A DNA stretch of 64,000 nucleotides from Candidatus Kapaibacterium sp. GTDB taxonomy: Bacteria > Bacteroidota > Ignavibacteria > Kapaibacteriales > UBA2268. A model generated the notes under the pieces. It was not told where the DNA came from. It did no database searches and saw only the letters and a list, made by a program, of their open reading frames with translations. The DNA lies in NCBI GenBank assembly GCA_963665665.1, contig OY762428.1, positions 4,544,001 through 4,608,000 on the forward strand, read 5' to 3'. Below are positions 49,685-59,670 of the stretch, piece after piece. The first letter of the stretch is position 1. Every line of letters begins with the position of its first letter. The position numbers were made by a program, and so were the translations under genes.

Positions 49685-49863
49685 TTCTTTCAATAGCTCA
49701 TCCGATGACTTTAAGTCATCGGATGAGTTCTATATTCTTAATTTAACCTGTGGGTTAACCCACAGGTTTTTTATTTACCGAAAATTCCTGCGAAACCCTT
49801 TTCCAGGTTCGTTCATGGGATCGGTCGTGATTCGATTATATGCGGTTACAAATTCCAATTTCA

Positions 49864-50226
49864 TTAACCTTCATTTCCCATAAGCCTGGTACAAATCTTA
49901 TCCCTGAAAAACCTGCTGTTCAGAACCGAAGTGAAAGAAAGTAATGTAGGGATCATAAAACCAATAAATCCCTCGCTGACAAATCCAATCCAGTCGAAAA
50001 TAAATAAGAAAGCAATACTGACCAGGAAAACTATTATGCCTCCTAAAAATTCGAAAAACCATATCAGTAATGCCGGCATTGCAAAAAGAAGTATTACTGC
50101 AAGAATTGCAAGATAATTCCCGCATTCGAATGTACTGTAGTTTGTAAGTGCAATAATATAAACAATTGACCAAAGCGACATAAGTATTCTGACCACATTT
50201 CGGATTATTTTGTATCTCTTGTCCAT
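49864..50226 (-). CDS. Small hypothetical membrane protein
   Basis: 120 aa, about 4 TM helices; GGAG upstream. Confidence 0.65.
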   Translation of the reverse strand: MDKRYKIIRNVVRILMSLWSIVYIIALTNYSTFECGNYLAILAVILLFAMPALLIWFFEFLGGIIVFLVSIAFLFIFDWIGFVSEGFIGFMIPTLLSFTSVLNSRFFRDKICTRLMGNEG

Positions 50227-50336
50227 ACCTGCTCCATCAAAGAGAATTATAATTACTGTAAGTTAAAAAAAAATTTGAATAATCAAAGTAATATTAAATC
50301 ACACAGGCCTAATCAATATATAATTTATGCTCAGTA

Positions 50337-52283
50337 CTATAATTTGTAATCTACCTGTACGGTAATAATGGAAAGGCTGTTTCCGCTGACTTCATCATAT
50401 CCGCTTCCCATGGCATCGACGTTGTTTTTTCTTGTAATTTCATATCTGAGCAGGACATCAAGATTTGCTACCGGGTTAATATTGATTGATACAAAATTCC
50501 TTATCCCGTTCCCGTATAGTACCGGTGTGGCAAAAAATCCATGCGAGATATATTCATATTGCCATATAGCGGAATCATAGCTTCCACCGGAAAATGCTGT
50601 CAGCCTGGATTTCAATTTTAACCATTGGAATGGAAGATAATTCAATTCGATATATGAAGCTGTAGTTATTTCGGAATTTCTAAGCTTTTCCCGGCTTACT
50701 TTTCTTATGTCATTTCTTATTCTGAAATTCCATTGGCCATTGATTTGATGATCGAATTGCATTATTAAAAGATTAGATGACTTTCCAATAATTTGTTTTG
50801 CATTTATTTCAGGATTGTTTTCCTTTTCCGGTTTGGCTTCATTTTTATATCTTATTGTAAACTTGCTTTGTGGATTGTATTTGTAAATTATTTCAGCCAT
50901 TAATTCACTACCCCTGTTAATTAGCGGCAGGTTATATGTTCTGCCAAGGCTTTTAAAAATATCCGTATAGGCGTTTATTCGAATTTTGCTGCCGGCTTTT
51001 AATCTGATTCCCCAGTAAATTCCCTGCTCGGAAGCGGTATAGGAAAATTCATTGATAGTTCCTGAATAAGGCGCCCTGTAGTTATGCCCCAAATATCTGT
51101 AATACAGAACTGTTGCCCATGATTTACTTGTATAAGCAATATTGTATAGTATACACTTGTTGCTATTTGCATCGAGAGAAAATTCTGCTCCGCTGCTGAA
51201 GCGTTCATGAACATATTGGGATGCCAGCGAAAACAAATTGCCTCTTCTGCCTGAGAATTCACTTTTCGATCCGGACTCTATCTGTTTCGAATAGCCAATA
51301 TTCATATAAGTAAACGTCATATCGAAATTATTACTATTGATATTTGATACTATACCGAAACATCTTTCTTTTAGTTTGCCGATTTTTCCTATTTCAGTTT
51401 CTGTCCTGAAAAGGCCTGTTCTATATATCGATGTTATGATTCCGGATGTATCAATGTTTGCCGGCAGTTCTTTATCAGAATAGAAAAAAGAATTGGAAAG
51501 TTTCAGTTTTTCAGTTAATAACAGATCATATCTCGCTGCAATGCCGTGCAATGTATTTTCCGGATAGGATGAAGAGCTGATTCTGATGCTGTTTGCAAAC
51601 CTGGTAAGAGAACTGACCGGGGCTGATCCTTTTCTGTTGAACATACTTCCTGCTGTCAATGAACCGTAGCCTGAGGCGATAGAATAATTACCAATAACCA
51701 AATTGAATTGCTGACCAGAATAGTCGATACCGCCTGAATAATTGTCGATAAAATGGAGCTCTCCCGGATCTCTGTCCAGAAGAATTGAAGCGTTGATGTT
51801 TTTATATTTGAAAGAATAATTCTGATAGAAATCCGGCCTGGCACCAAGATATTTGTTTTCTGTAAAGCCTTTGGTTTCGTCTAACCGGTTCCTGCTTCTT
51901 ACACGGCAGAATAATAAAGGCGCTGATTCTTCTTTGCCTTTGTTGATGAAAGTACAATATTCAAGTATTTCGCACTGAATATCAGAAAGTGCAAGAGAAT
52001 CACAAATATCGGATATTTCATACATAACACCGGTTTGAACCAGATCAATTATTCTGATGGTTAGCATTTTATCAAAAAGCGGTAATTCCGTAAGTACATC
52101 GGATGTTGTTGTATTAAGGTCAATTTTATTCCTGTGGTAATATTCCAGGATATAGGATATTTCTTCTGATTCAACATCGCTTTCGGAATCAATAAACAGC
52201 TCTTCGAAATCTTCAGCATCGCAGTTCTCAGAAAAAATTAATGAGAGCAGTAATATGGTGAATATTTTAATAAATTTTTTCAA
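50337..52283 (-). CDS. ComEA-like helix-hairpin-helix domain fused to an outer-membrane beta-barrel
   Basis: KIDLNTTTSDVLTELPLF HhH-like motif; DRDPGE, GLFRTETEI and EQGIYWG motifs; terminal VQVDYKL strand. Confidence 0.75.
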   Translation of the reverse strand: MKKFIKIFTILLLSLIFSENCDAEDFEELFIDSESDVESEEISYILEYYHRNKIDLNTTTSDVLTELPLFDKMLTIRIIDLVQTGVMYEISDICDSLALSDIQCEILEYCTFINKGKEESAPLLFCRVRSRNRLDETKGFTENKYLGARPDFYQNYSFKYKNINASILLDRDPGELHFIDNYSGGIDYSGQQFNLVIGNYSIASGYGSLTAGSMFNRKGSAPVSSLTRFANSIRISSSSYPENTLHGIAARYDLLLTEKLKLSNSFFYSDKELPANIDTSGIITSIYRTGLFRTETEIGKIGKLKERCFGIVSNINSNNFDMTFTYMNIGYSKQIESGSKSEFSGRRGNLFSLASQYVHERFSSGAEFSLDANSNKCILYNIAYTSKSWATVLYYRYLGHNYRAPYSGTINEFSYTASEQGIYWGIRLKAGSKIRINAYTDIFKSLGRTYNLPLINRGSELMAEIIYKYNPQSKFTIRYKNEAKPEKENNPEINAKQIIGKSSNLLIMQFDHQINGQWNFRIRNDIRKVSREKLRNSEITTASYIELNYLPFQWLKLKSRLTAFSGGSYDSAIWQYEYISHGFFATPVLYGNGIRNFVSININPVANLDVLLRYEITRKNNVDAMGSGYDEVSGNSLSIITVQVDYKL

Positions 52284-52384
52284 TTTAGTTTTTAATACCT
52301 GTAACTAATAATTATTTTTCTGTGTCTGAATAGAAAAGGAAATACGGCCGTTTCTCCTAAAAAACATTTGAACAGGAGGAAGTT

Positions 52385-52960
52385 ATGAAGCGATTTATAA
52401 TAATCATAGTTTTTCTGTTTGGCAGTGTATCATTGTATCCTGCAGATATGTTTATCGGCACCAGGATGGGATTTTCGGTTCCCGGCGCGGGACTTTCCAG
52501 TTTGCAATCAGGGCCAAATTTTGCATATTCCTTTGGTGTTTATACAGACAAAACATTTGCATGCAATTTTTCCTGGGAATTAAGTGCATTTAAATCTGAG
52601 TCGAAAGATTATTATTACCCTGTTTCGAGTTTTTCGTTCAATTTTATAATGCGTTCCCTGAAAAAGAAAGTTGATCCTTACGGAGGGTTTTTTATGGGAT
52701 TGGCATTGCTGAACCGTAATCTTAATCAATTACATCTTTCATTGCAGGATTACTATGATTATGGCGACTCGGAGCTGTGGAGAAAGTCCTTTCAGGCCGG
52801 TTTGATTGCGGGGGTGGATTTCAATGTTTCTGCAAATGTGAAATTATTTGTTGAAGCCCGTTTGTCCAGATTCGACCTTAATAACAGTGGAACCTACTGG
52901 ACAGTTAACTCCGGTGTAAGGTGTTTCCTTAGCAACTACAAAATTGATTTCGATTTCTGA
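52385..52960 (+). CDS. Small outer-membrane beta-barrel protein
   Basis: Signal peptide; VDPYGG, AGVDF and LFVEAR strands; strong GGAGGA RBS. Confidence 0.7.
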   Translation: MKRFIIIIVFLFGSVSLYPADMFIGTRMGFSVPGAGLSSLQSGPNFAYSFGVYTDKTFACNFSWELSAFKSESKDYYYPVSSFSFNFIMRSLKKKVDPYGGFFMGLALLNRNLNQLHLSLQDYYDYGDSELWRKSFQAGLIAGVDFNVSANVKLFVEARLSRFDLNNSGTYWTVNSGVRCFLSNYKIDFDF

Positions 52961-52964
52961 TATC

Positions 52965-53786
52965 TTAATCAAATACCCATTCAAAACTAATCTCGGGTGA
53001 TAAACCAAGACTATTGTGATAAATGGTTCCGAAGCAAAAATGTAAGTTGCCATAGGTACAAAATCCTGCTTCAATACCCAGTGCTTCAGGTGCGTTTTGC
53101 CATGACGTCCTGAAGCGTATTATATCTTCATACTCAAATTTTGCGCTGACAGCTAATCCTGATCTGTAATTTATATCATTCAAAGAACTAATTGTAATAC
53201 TGAAATATTTATCGATTTTCCAGTTAATCCCGACACTAACATTTAATGGAATATTTTCAACTCCCTTTGCTTGACGAAGAATGTCAAAATTCTTGAACTG
53301 AATTCCGGCTGTTATCTCTTCCCCGATAGAAATTTTCCCGCCAAGGTTGATTTTGATATTTTGATAGTTGCCATAATTTTTGAATTTTCTGTTGAAAAAA
53401 ACAAGCCGGCTTCCGAAAGATATGTGATTTGCTACCGAAAATGATGACTGAATCAGGAGCGCTGATTCAGAAAACAACTCATTACCGAGATGGCTTATTC
53501 CAATACCGGTGAAAATACCATCCGAAATATTAAATCCGGCGCTTAATCTCGCCGTATTTAATTCTTCCATTTCAAATTGATTCAAATTCAGTGATGAGTT
53601 GATAAAATCTGATTGTCCATAAAATGAAGGTTCGGAATCCCACAAGCTTGAATTTATATTGGTCATGCCTGTTGGGTCGGGTATTGAAATAATATTTCCA
53701 ACAGGGCAAATAGCCATACTTTTTTCGGTGGCAATAAGCAGAAAAACAATTATCCGGGGCAATATCAAAATTTTCCAAGTGCTCAT
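52965..53786 (-). CDS. Hypothetical beta-barrel (PorV/PorP-like size and pattern)
   Basis: QFEMEELNT, HLGNELFSES and YHNSLGLS pattern; alternating strands. Confidence 0.5.
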   Translation of the reverse strand: MSTWKILILPRIIVFLLIATEKSMAICPVGNIISIPDPTGMTNINSSLWDSEPSFYGQSDFINSSLNLNQFEMEELNTARLSAGFNISDGIFTGIGISHLGNELFSESALLIQSSFSVANHISFGSRLVFFNRKFKNYGNYQNIKINLGGKISIGEEITAGIQFKNFDILRQAKGVENIPLNVSVGINWKIDKYFSITISSLNDINYRSGLAVSAKFEYEDIIRFRTSWQNAPEALGIEAGFCTYGNLHFCFGTIYHNSLGLSPEISFEWVFD

Positions 53787-53903
53787 CAGTCTTTTAACTT
53801 GATGATGTATTATTTATTTTTTATTTTGCAATCTTTGAAAACTACTTAAACATAATAAATATAATTTTGAAAATCAAGATTTTTCAATAAATTAGGAAAA
53901 ATA

Positions 53904-54806
53904 ATGAAAAAGATTACGATAGCTGTTGTCACAATAATTATTTATATGGGGCTGATACCTGCAAAGTCTCAGGAACTTGATGTAAATGTTACTGTTAATA
54001 TGGAGCAACTTACCCAGGATGCCAGAATAAATGTATCCACAATGGAACAGGATGTGGAAAATTATTTAAACAACCAGAGATTCACAGGCGAGGAATGGGA
54101 AGGCCCGAAAATACCAGTGGAAGTTGCAATTTATCTTACCGGCGGTTCTGGTTCGAGTTACTCAGGAAGATTGTTCTTTGTTTCTAAAAGAACTCTTGAC
54201 GGCGAGGACGGCGGGGAATCCGTGTCCTTAAGAATGGTTGATCAGGAATGGTCATTTGAATACGCAAGATTTGCCAATCTTTCTTTTAACCCTATGCGTT
54301 TTCACCCTTTTACAAGCCTACTGGATTTCTATGCATACCTGATTATCGGTATGGACCTTGATACTTATGGCGAACTTGACGGCAGCAAGATGTACGACAA
54401 AGCAAAACAGATTATTCAGATGGGTGCTGCAAATGGTGCTGCAGGATATTCAACCTACGCTCAGCCTGGTGAATTTACAAGATATAACCTGATATCCGAA
54501 ATGACAGACTTAAGATATGAAACATTGAGGACAATTATATTTGCTTACTATTACGATGGCCTTGACCTTATGGCTTTTGATAAGCCTAAGGCTATGGCGG
54601 GATTAAGGCAGGTTGTTAAAGATATCGTTGATTTCAAGAAGAACAAACTATCCGGACCAAGCGTATTTATGCAATTATTATTTGATGCAAAAAGTGCCGA
54701 ACTATCCCTGATATTTGAAGGATATGAAGATAAGTCTGTTTATAAAGACCTGATGTATCTTGATCCGAGCCATACTACAACTTATGAAGAATCAATGGAG
54801 AGATAA
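53904..54806 (+). CDS. porD: DUF4835-family protein (T9SS-associated PorD-like)
   Basis: QELDVNVTVN, YLNNQRFT, LLDFYAYLIIGMDLDTY, YYYDGLD and FDAKSAEL motifs. Confidence 0.75.
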   Translation: MKKITIAVVTIIIYMGLIPAKSQELDVNVTVNMEQLTQDARINVSTMEQDVENYLNNQRFTGEEWEGPKIPVEVAIYLTGGSGSSYSGRLFFVSKRTLDGEDGGESVSLRMVDQEWSFEYARFANLSFNPMRFHPFTSLLDFYAYLIIGMDLDTYGELDGSKMYDKAKQIIQMGAANGAAGYSTYAQPGEFTRYNLISEMTDLRYETLRTIIFAYYYDGLDLMAFDKPKAMAGLRQVVKDIVDFKKNKLSGPSVFMQLLFDAKSAELSLIFEGYEDKSVYKDLMYLDPSHTTTYEESMER

Positions 54807-54807
54807 T

Positions 54808-55308
54808 TTGAGATTTTTAATTTTGTTTATTACAGCCCTTGTTTTAACTGTGAATGTTCAGGCACAAAAAACCAGGGGTGGTGATATTGGTGTTGGGTTT
54901 GTCTTTGGCGATCCAACCGGAGCAAGTATGAATTATTTTCTGAGTAACAAAAATTCAATTGATGCTTTTCTCGGAACGTCATACTTCGGGGAAATTTCAA
55001 TCGGGGGTGATTACCTGTGGTATTTCAATGCTTTTAATTCAAAGATTGTTCACCTTTATACAGGCCCGGGAGTTGTTCTCGGATTTGGCGACGGGAAGGG
55101 AATCCTGTCCGGAGACAATAAGGACAAAGATAAATTCTACAACCGTGACGAAGGCATCGGCCTTGGGGCGCGGGGGATTATGGGGGTCTCGGTTGTACCG
55201 AGAAACTCTCAATTTCAGATATTTGCCGAGCTTGGCCTGCTTATGGGGCTTGTACCCGATTTGGGACTTGGGCTGGATGCAGGTGTTGGCTTCAGATACT
55301 ATTTTTAG
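54808..55308 (+). CDS. Small outer-membrane beta-barrel protein
   Basis: GVGFVFGDPTGAS...GVGFRYYF; probable TTG start at 54808. Confidence 0.75.
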   Translation: MRFLILFITALVLTVNVQAQKTRGGDIGVGFVFGDPTGASMNYFLSNKNSIDAFLGTSYFGEISIGGDYLWYFNAFNSKIVHLYTGPGVVLGFGDGKGILSGDNKDKDKFYNRDEGIGLGARGIMGVSVVPRNSQFQIFAELGLLMGLVPDLGLGLDAGVGFRYYF

Positions 55309-55401
55309 ATGAATTTTGCAATTATTATTCAAAATTTCCGTTGTTAACAACAGTTATGTTACAAAGTAAATCAAATTTTAGTATCAGATAAAATTGAATT
55401 A

Positions 55402-55409
55402 TACTTTTG
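55402..55409 (+). promoter_or_regulatory. Bacteroidota-type -7 box immediately before the uORF start
   Basis: TACTTTTG ends 5 nt before ATG 55414. Confidence 0.45.
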
Positions 55410-55413
55410 CTAT

Positions 55414-55785
55414 ATGAAATTTATCAGGGAAATAAAGGACGAATTAACGATCATAGCTATCACGGCTATGTTCTTCGTCTTTTATTCCACTTCATTTACC
55501 GGGCATTATCACATTACTCCTGAAGGATTCAGGATTTATCACTGCCATCCTTACAAGGATGCAGGAACTGATACAAACCCCGTTCAGCATCATCAGCATT
55601 CCCGACTTGAAATGTCATTTTATGATGCTGTTGCAAATGCATTTTACGAATATTCTTCACATATAATAATTCATTTCAATGTTATTGAAATTGAATCTCA
55701 GGATATTGTTTCCAATGATACTGAGGATGAAATTTATGGCCTTTATACTACAACAAATCACCTAAGGGCTCCTCCGGCCTGTTGA
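55414..55785 (+). CDS. His-rich leader protein with C-terminal RAPP motif (DUF2946-like putative arrest peptide)
   Basis: N-terminal hydrophobic segment, HYH...HCHPY...HHQH, terminal HLRAPPAC*. Confidence 0.7.
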   Translation: MKFIREIKDELTIIAITAMFFVFYSTSFTGHYHITPEGFRIYHCHPYKDAGTDTNPVQHHQHSRLEMSFYDAVANAFYEYSSHIIIHFNVIEIESQDIVSNDTEDEIYGLYTTTNHLRAPPAC

Positions 55786-55883
55786 TTCTAAAATTATTTT
55801 AATTTTTTTATTAGCTGATGATATGCTGATACTATTTCGGCATTGTATTAATATATATTTATCAATGTTAAATTGAGGAATCA

Positions 55884-57176
55884 ATGAGGTATTTACTTAC
55901 ATTCGTTGCAGTTATTGCATTATCAGTTTCAAATATTTATTCTGCTATTCCGGAAACAACCGATACTGTGAAACTCGGGGCCGGTTATGTTAGCCAGGCT
56001 TACTACAGCATGAAATCAGGAATAGCAAAAACAACAGCACTTGCTGATTGGGATATTGCTTTTTTAAATGGCCAAAACGCTGCCATACATATTAATGCAG
56101 CTAAAGGAAATGAATTATACTGGGTGAAAAGCAGTTCCTGGAACAGCTTTGATAAAGCTGCGGACGCCGATACTACTGGCTTTTGGGCTGATACATTGCA
56201 TGAGAAATGGATTCCCCACTACAACTCGGAGGAAACCTGGATAATTGGGGCTTTTAATCGTGGAATGAATGGTTTTGAAACTGAAGGTGATTTCGGGTGG
56301 GGAGACTATGATTTTCTTACACACAAAACCGAAGGTAAAGGTATTTTTCTTCTGAAAATGGCAGATAAAGAATTCAAGAAGATAATTATTGATACACTTT
56401 CTTCTGGTAAATATTATTTCAGAATAGCAAATCTTGACGGCTCAGACCTAATAGCTGATTCTGTAGTTAAAGCTGACTTCCCGGGAAAGAACTTCGGATA
56501 TTACTCGATTTCAGAAAGGAAGGTTCTTGATCCGGAACCGATCAGCGCAGGATGGGATTTGCTTTTCACGAAATACGTGGGCCTTTACAATATGGGCGAG
56601 ACTTCAATGCCTTATGGTTTCACAGGTGTGAAATCAAATATGGATGTGCTTGTAGCCGAGAAATCGGACGATCCGTTCTCCTCACTGCATGAGCCATCAG
56701 ATGATGACTATTCAGAAAATATAACAACAATAGGATATGACTGGAAGGAATTTTCATTTAGTAGCGGATATACAATCACTGAAGACCTTTCATATTATGT
56801 TAAGCCGTCAACCGGTGATGTTTGGAAAATTCAATTTACAGGTTTCGATGGTTCTGAAACAGGGAATATTTATTTTGCAAAAATGATTATCGTCAATGTT
56901 GGTGTTGATGAGGAAACCGGTTCATCTGTATCTGTCTATCCCAATATAATTGACCGCGGCAGCGATTTTGATATTGTTGTTGATAACAGGAAGAACAGCT
57001 CTGTCAATATTTCGATAATTGACATGCAGGGAAGAACTATTAGAAATTTTGAAAACTCGGATTTTTCGGGGTTCAGATCATACAGGCAGGGAAGTACGGA
57101 GATTGCTCCGGGTATGTATTTTATAAATGTTGAGATAAACGGGAAGCAGACTGTATCAAAATTTATCGTCAGGTAA
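55884..57176 (+). CDS. HmuY-like protein with T9SS CTD
   Basis: WDIAF, WDLLFTKY, IGYDWK and WKIQFTGF motifs; VYPN...PGMYFI...KFIVR CTD. Confidence 0.72.
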   Translation: MRYLLTFVAVIALSVSNIYSAIPETTDTVKLGAGYVSQAYYSMKSGIAKTTALADWDIAFLNGQNAAIHINAAKGNELYWVKSSSWNSFDKAADADTTGFWADTLHEKWIPHYNSEETWIIGAFNRGMNGFETEGDFGWGDYDFLTHKTEGKGIFLLKMADKEFKKIIIDTLSSGKYYFRIANLDGSDLIADSVVKADFPGKNFGYYSISERKVLDPEPISAGWDLLFTKYVGLYNMGETSMPYGFTGVKSNMDVLVAEKSDDPFSSLHEPSDDDYSENITTIGYDWKEFSFSSGYTITEDLSYYVKPSTGDVWKIQFTGFDGSETGNIYFAKMIIVNVGVDEETGSSVSVYPNIIDRGSDFDIVVDNRKNSSVNISIIDMQGRTIRNFENSDFSGFRSYRQGSTEIAPGMYFINVEINGKQTVSKFIVR

Positions 57177-57254
57177 TTTTATAAAAATTGATTACGAAAT
57201 GGAGATGTCTCTTAAGCCGGCAAAATGGTTATTTCCCGACAAGCCGGGATCCTT

Positions 57255-57336
57255 GACTGAGCGCAGCGAAGAATCCATTTTTAGAATATTTTTTAAGAAA
57301 TGGATTCTTCAGTCGCTTCGCTCCATCAGAATGACA
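57255..57336. repeat. REP-like inverted pair (CTGAGCGCAGCGAAGAATCC ... GGATTCTTC...CAGAATGAC)
   Basis: Same family as 29111-29201, 29377-29468, 30713-30795 and 46110-46220. Confidence 0.85.
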
Positions 57337-57464
57337 TTTTATAAAAGGTCATTTAATCAAAGGACGAATTTTCGGATTAGCGGGCTTTGATTGATAATAT
57401 ATAGTGCTTTTGAGACAACTTCCTGAATATATAATAGTCAAATTCATCACATTCAGAAAATATA

Positions 57465-59669
57465 ATGAAAAAGATTTTAATATTATTAATCTTATCAATA
57501 TTTGCAGTATTTCCCGCATTATCGGATGTTATCGTAAAAGATGCTGAAACTGGTAACCCCCTGCCATCGGCAAGTGTAAAGGTAAAATGCCTCGGCAAGG
57601 ATTGTCCGGAGAAAGAATACTATGCACGAACTGATAAAGACGGTAAAATTTTTCCTCTGAAAGGTAATCTGCTTGAATTAAAGATTAGCTATATCGGTTA
57701 CGAGCCGGTTGTTGATACTGTCAATACGAGGGACGTCCGCGAAATTCTGTTGAAACCGGTATCGATTATTACCGACGAAGTGGTAACTACGGGGCAATTT
57801 ATCCCTCAGTCGGCGCAGAAATCGGTTTTCACGGTTAATGTTATCAGCAATGAAGTCATTAAGGATCAGTCGGCAACAGACCTGCGCGAGCTTATGCTGA
57901 AGCAGATGAATATCAATATTAACCAGGATAATATTCTCGGCTCGTCGATGATGATAAATGGTATAACCGGGCAGAACGTAAAAATTCTTGTTGATGGCGT
58001 ACCTATGATAGGCAGGCTGAACGGAAATATTGATATCAGCCAGGTGAACCTGAACGACGTGGACAGAATTGAAATTGTTGAAGGGCCTATGTCTTCCGTT
58101 TACGGAACAGATGCGCTTGCGGGCGTTGTAAATATTATCAGCAAAACGCCGGACAAAAAGACTTCGCTAAATATCAATTCCTATTACGAAAGCGTCGGGA
58201 AAGCAAATTTTGACGGTAAAGTTTCTTTTCCTGTCGGAGATGTGAATGTATCGCTGAACGGCGGACGTAATTTCTTTGGCGGGTATTCGATTGTTGATAC
58301 CAGCCGATGGAGGCAGTGGAAACCTAAGATTCAATATTTCGCAGGATTGCAGGCTTCAACAAGCTTCGATGATATTAATATCAGGTATTCCGGTTCATGG
58401 TTCAATGAATTTATCCTTAACAGGGGGCAAAGGCTTGGACCCTATTATGAAAATGCCTGGGATGATAAATATTATACCAACAGGATAAATAACTCACTAT
58501 TTTTAAATACAAGGGTCGGCGATCATAAATATATTTCGCTGACGACAAATTATTCCTTTTACCAGAGGGAAAAGGAAACATATTTCAAAGACTTGGTGAA
58601 CCTTACGGAAACACTGAAAGATGACTCCACGTCGAGCAATATTGATAAATTCGACCTGTTTATGATTAGGGCTACATACAGCAGCGACAGGCCTGTTGAA
58701 TATCTTAGCTGGCAGACTGGCGTTGATGTCAATGTGGAAACAGCCCGGGGAAAAAGGATAAACGGCGATACCCGGGACATAGGCGATTATGCCATGTTTC
58801 TGGGGCTTCAGTACGAGCCTTTCGGAAACCTGTTGATACAGCCAACACTTAGGGCAATTCACAATACACGATATGATGCGCCAATTGTACCAACTCTAAA
58901 TATCAAATTTACACCGGCTGATAAGTTCAATATCCGTGGTACTTATGCACGCGGTTTCAGAGCTCCTTCCCTGAAAGAGAAATTCTATGATTTTGTTGAT
59001 GATAATCATGAAATTATCGGGAATCCCGATCTGAGAGCAGAACGTTCACATTCGGTTCATGTTGATTTTGATTACAGGATTGAGTCGGATGATTACGCAA
59101 TAAAATTTGAGCCAAAATTGTTCTATAATTTCATTGAAGATCATATAACGCTCGTAAGAAAAGATACGATCGGGCTGTCATACCTTAACAGGAATATTGG
59201 CGAGTTTTCATCACTTGGAGCTAACCTGGCTGCTACTTATTTTACCCGGGATTTGATGTTCAAACTGGGATTTGTTTATACCGGGACGAATTATAATCTT
59301 GATGAGGCATCATCCGGGGAATTTAATTACTCGCCGGAATTGCATTCGAATTTCAGCTATTTGTACGATCCCTGGGATATTAAACTTTCAGCAGTATATA
59401 AATTTGTATCTTCCCACAGGGAATTAAGGATAAGCGTAACATCTGACATTATTGAATACGATCTTGATGATTATCATATTCTTGATTTCACTCTGAGCAA
59501 ACCATTGTTTGATAATATCTTTGTACTGAATGCCGGAGTGAAAAATCTGTTTGATGTGAAAAATGTCGGCGATTCAGGTTCAGGCGGACATGCCGGCGGC
59601 GGAGAGCTGCCAATATCTTATGGCAGGACTATGTTTGTGTCTCTTGCAATAAATTTTGATGAGTTATAA
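57465..59669 (+). CDS. TonB-dependent receptor, heme/HmuR-like
   Basis: Plug motifs ILVDGVP, RIEIVEGPMSSVYG and LAGVVNII; FRAP...H...NPDL; KNLFD. Confidence 0.88.
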   Translation: MKKILILLILSIFAVFPALSDVIVKDAETGNPLPSASVKVKCLGKDCPEKEYYARTDKDGKIFPLKGNLLELKISYIGYEPVVDTVNTRDVREILLKPVSIITDEVVTTGQFIPQSAQKSVFTVNVISNEVIKDQSATDLRELMLKQMNININQDNILGSSMMINGITGQNVKILVDGVPMIGRLNGNIDISQVNLNDVDRIEIVEGPMSSVYGTDALAGVVNIISKTPDKKTSLNINSYYESVGKANFDGKVSFPVGDVNVSLNGGRNFFGGYSIVDTSRWRQWKPKIQYFAGLQASTSFDDINIRYSGSWFNEFILNRGQRLGPYYENAWDDKYYTNRINNSLFLNTRVGDHKYISLTTNYSFYQREKETYFKDLVNLTETLKDDSTSSNIDKFDLFMIRATYSSDRPVEYLSWQTGVDVNVETARGKRINGDTRDIGDYAMFLGLQYEPFGNLLIQPTLRAIHNTRYDAPIVPTLNIKFTPADKFNIRGTYARGFRAPSLKEKFYDFVDDNHEIIGNPDLRAERSHSVHVDFDYRIESDDYAIKFEPKLFYNFIEDHITLVRKDTIGLSYLNRNIGEFSSLGANLAATYFTRDLMFKLGFVYTGTNYNLDEASSGEFNYSPELHSNFSYLYDPWDIKLSAVYKFVSSHRELRISVTSDIIEYDLDDYHILDFTLSKPLFDNIFVLNAGVKNLFDVKNVGDSGSGGHAGGGELPISYGRTMFVSLAINFDEL

Positions 59670-59670
59670 A

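Larger units (their letters stand above)
46799..49769 (+). repeat. Three copies of an ~88-bp double-palindrome spacer (46799-46886, 48228-48315, 49682-49769)
   Basis: TAG-TTCTTTC...CATCCGATGACTTTA.GTCATCGGATG...AACCTGTGGGTTAACCCACAGGTT directly after each stop codon. Confidence 0.92.

Noticed and set aside
46799-49769. Integron cassette array or diversity-generating retroelement
   Set aside because: No integrase or reverse transcriptase in the window, no clear RYYYAAC/GTTRRRY attC ends, and paralog differences are not adenine-specific.
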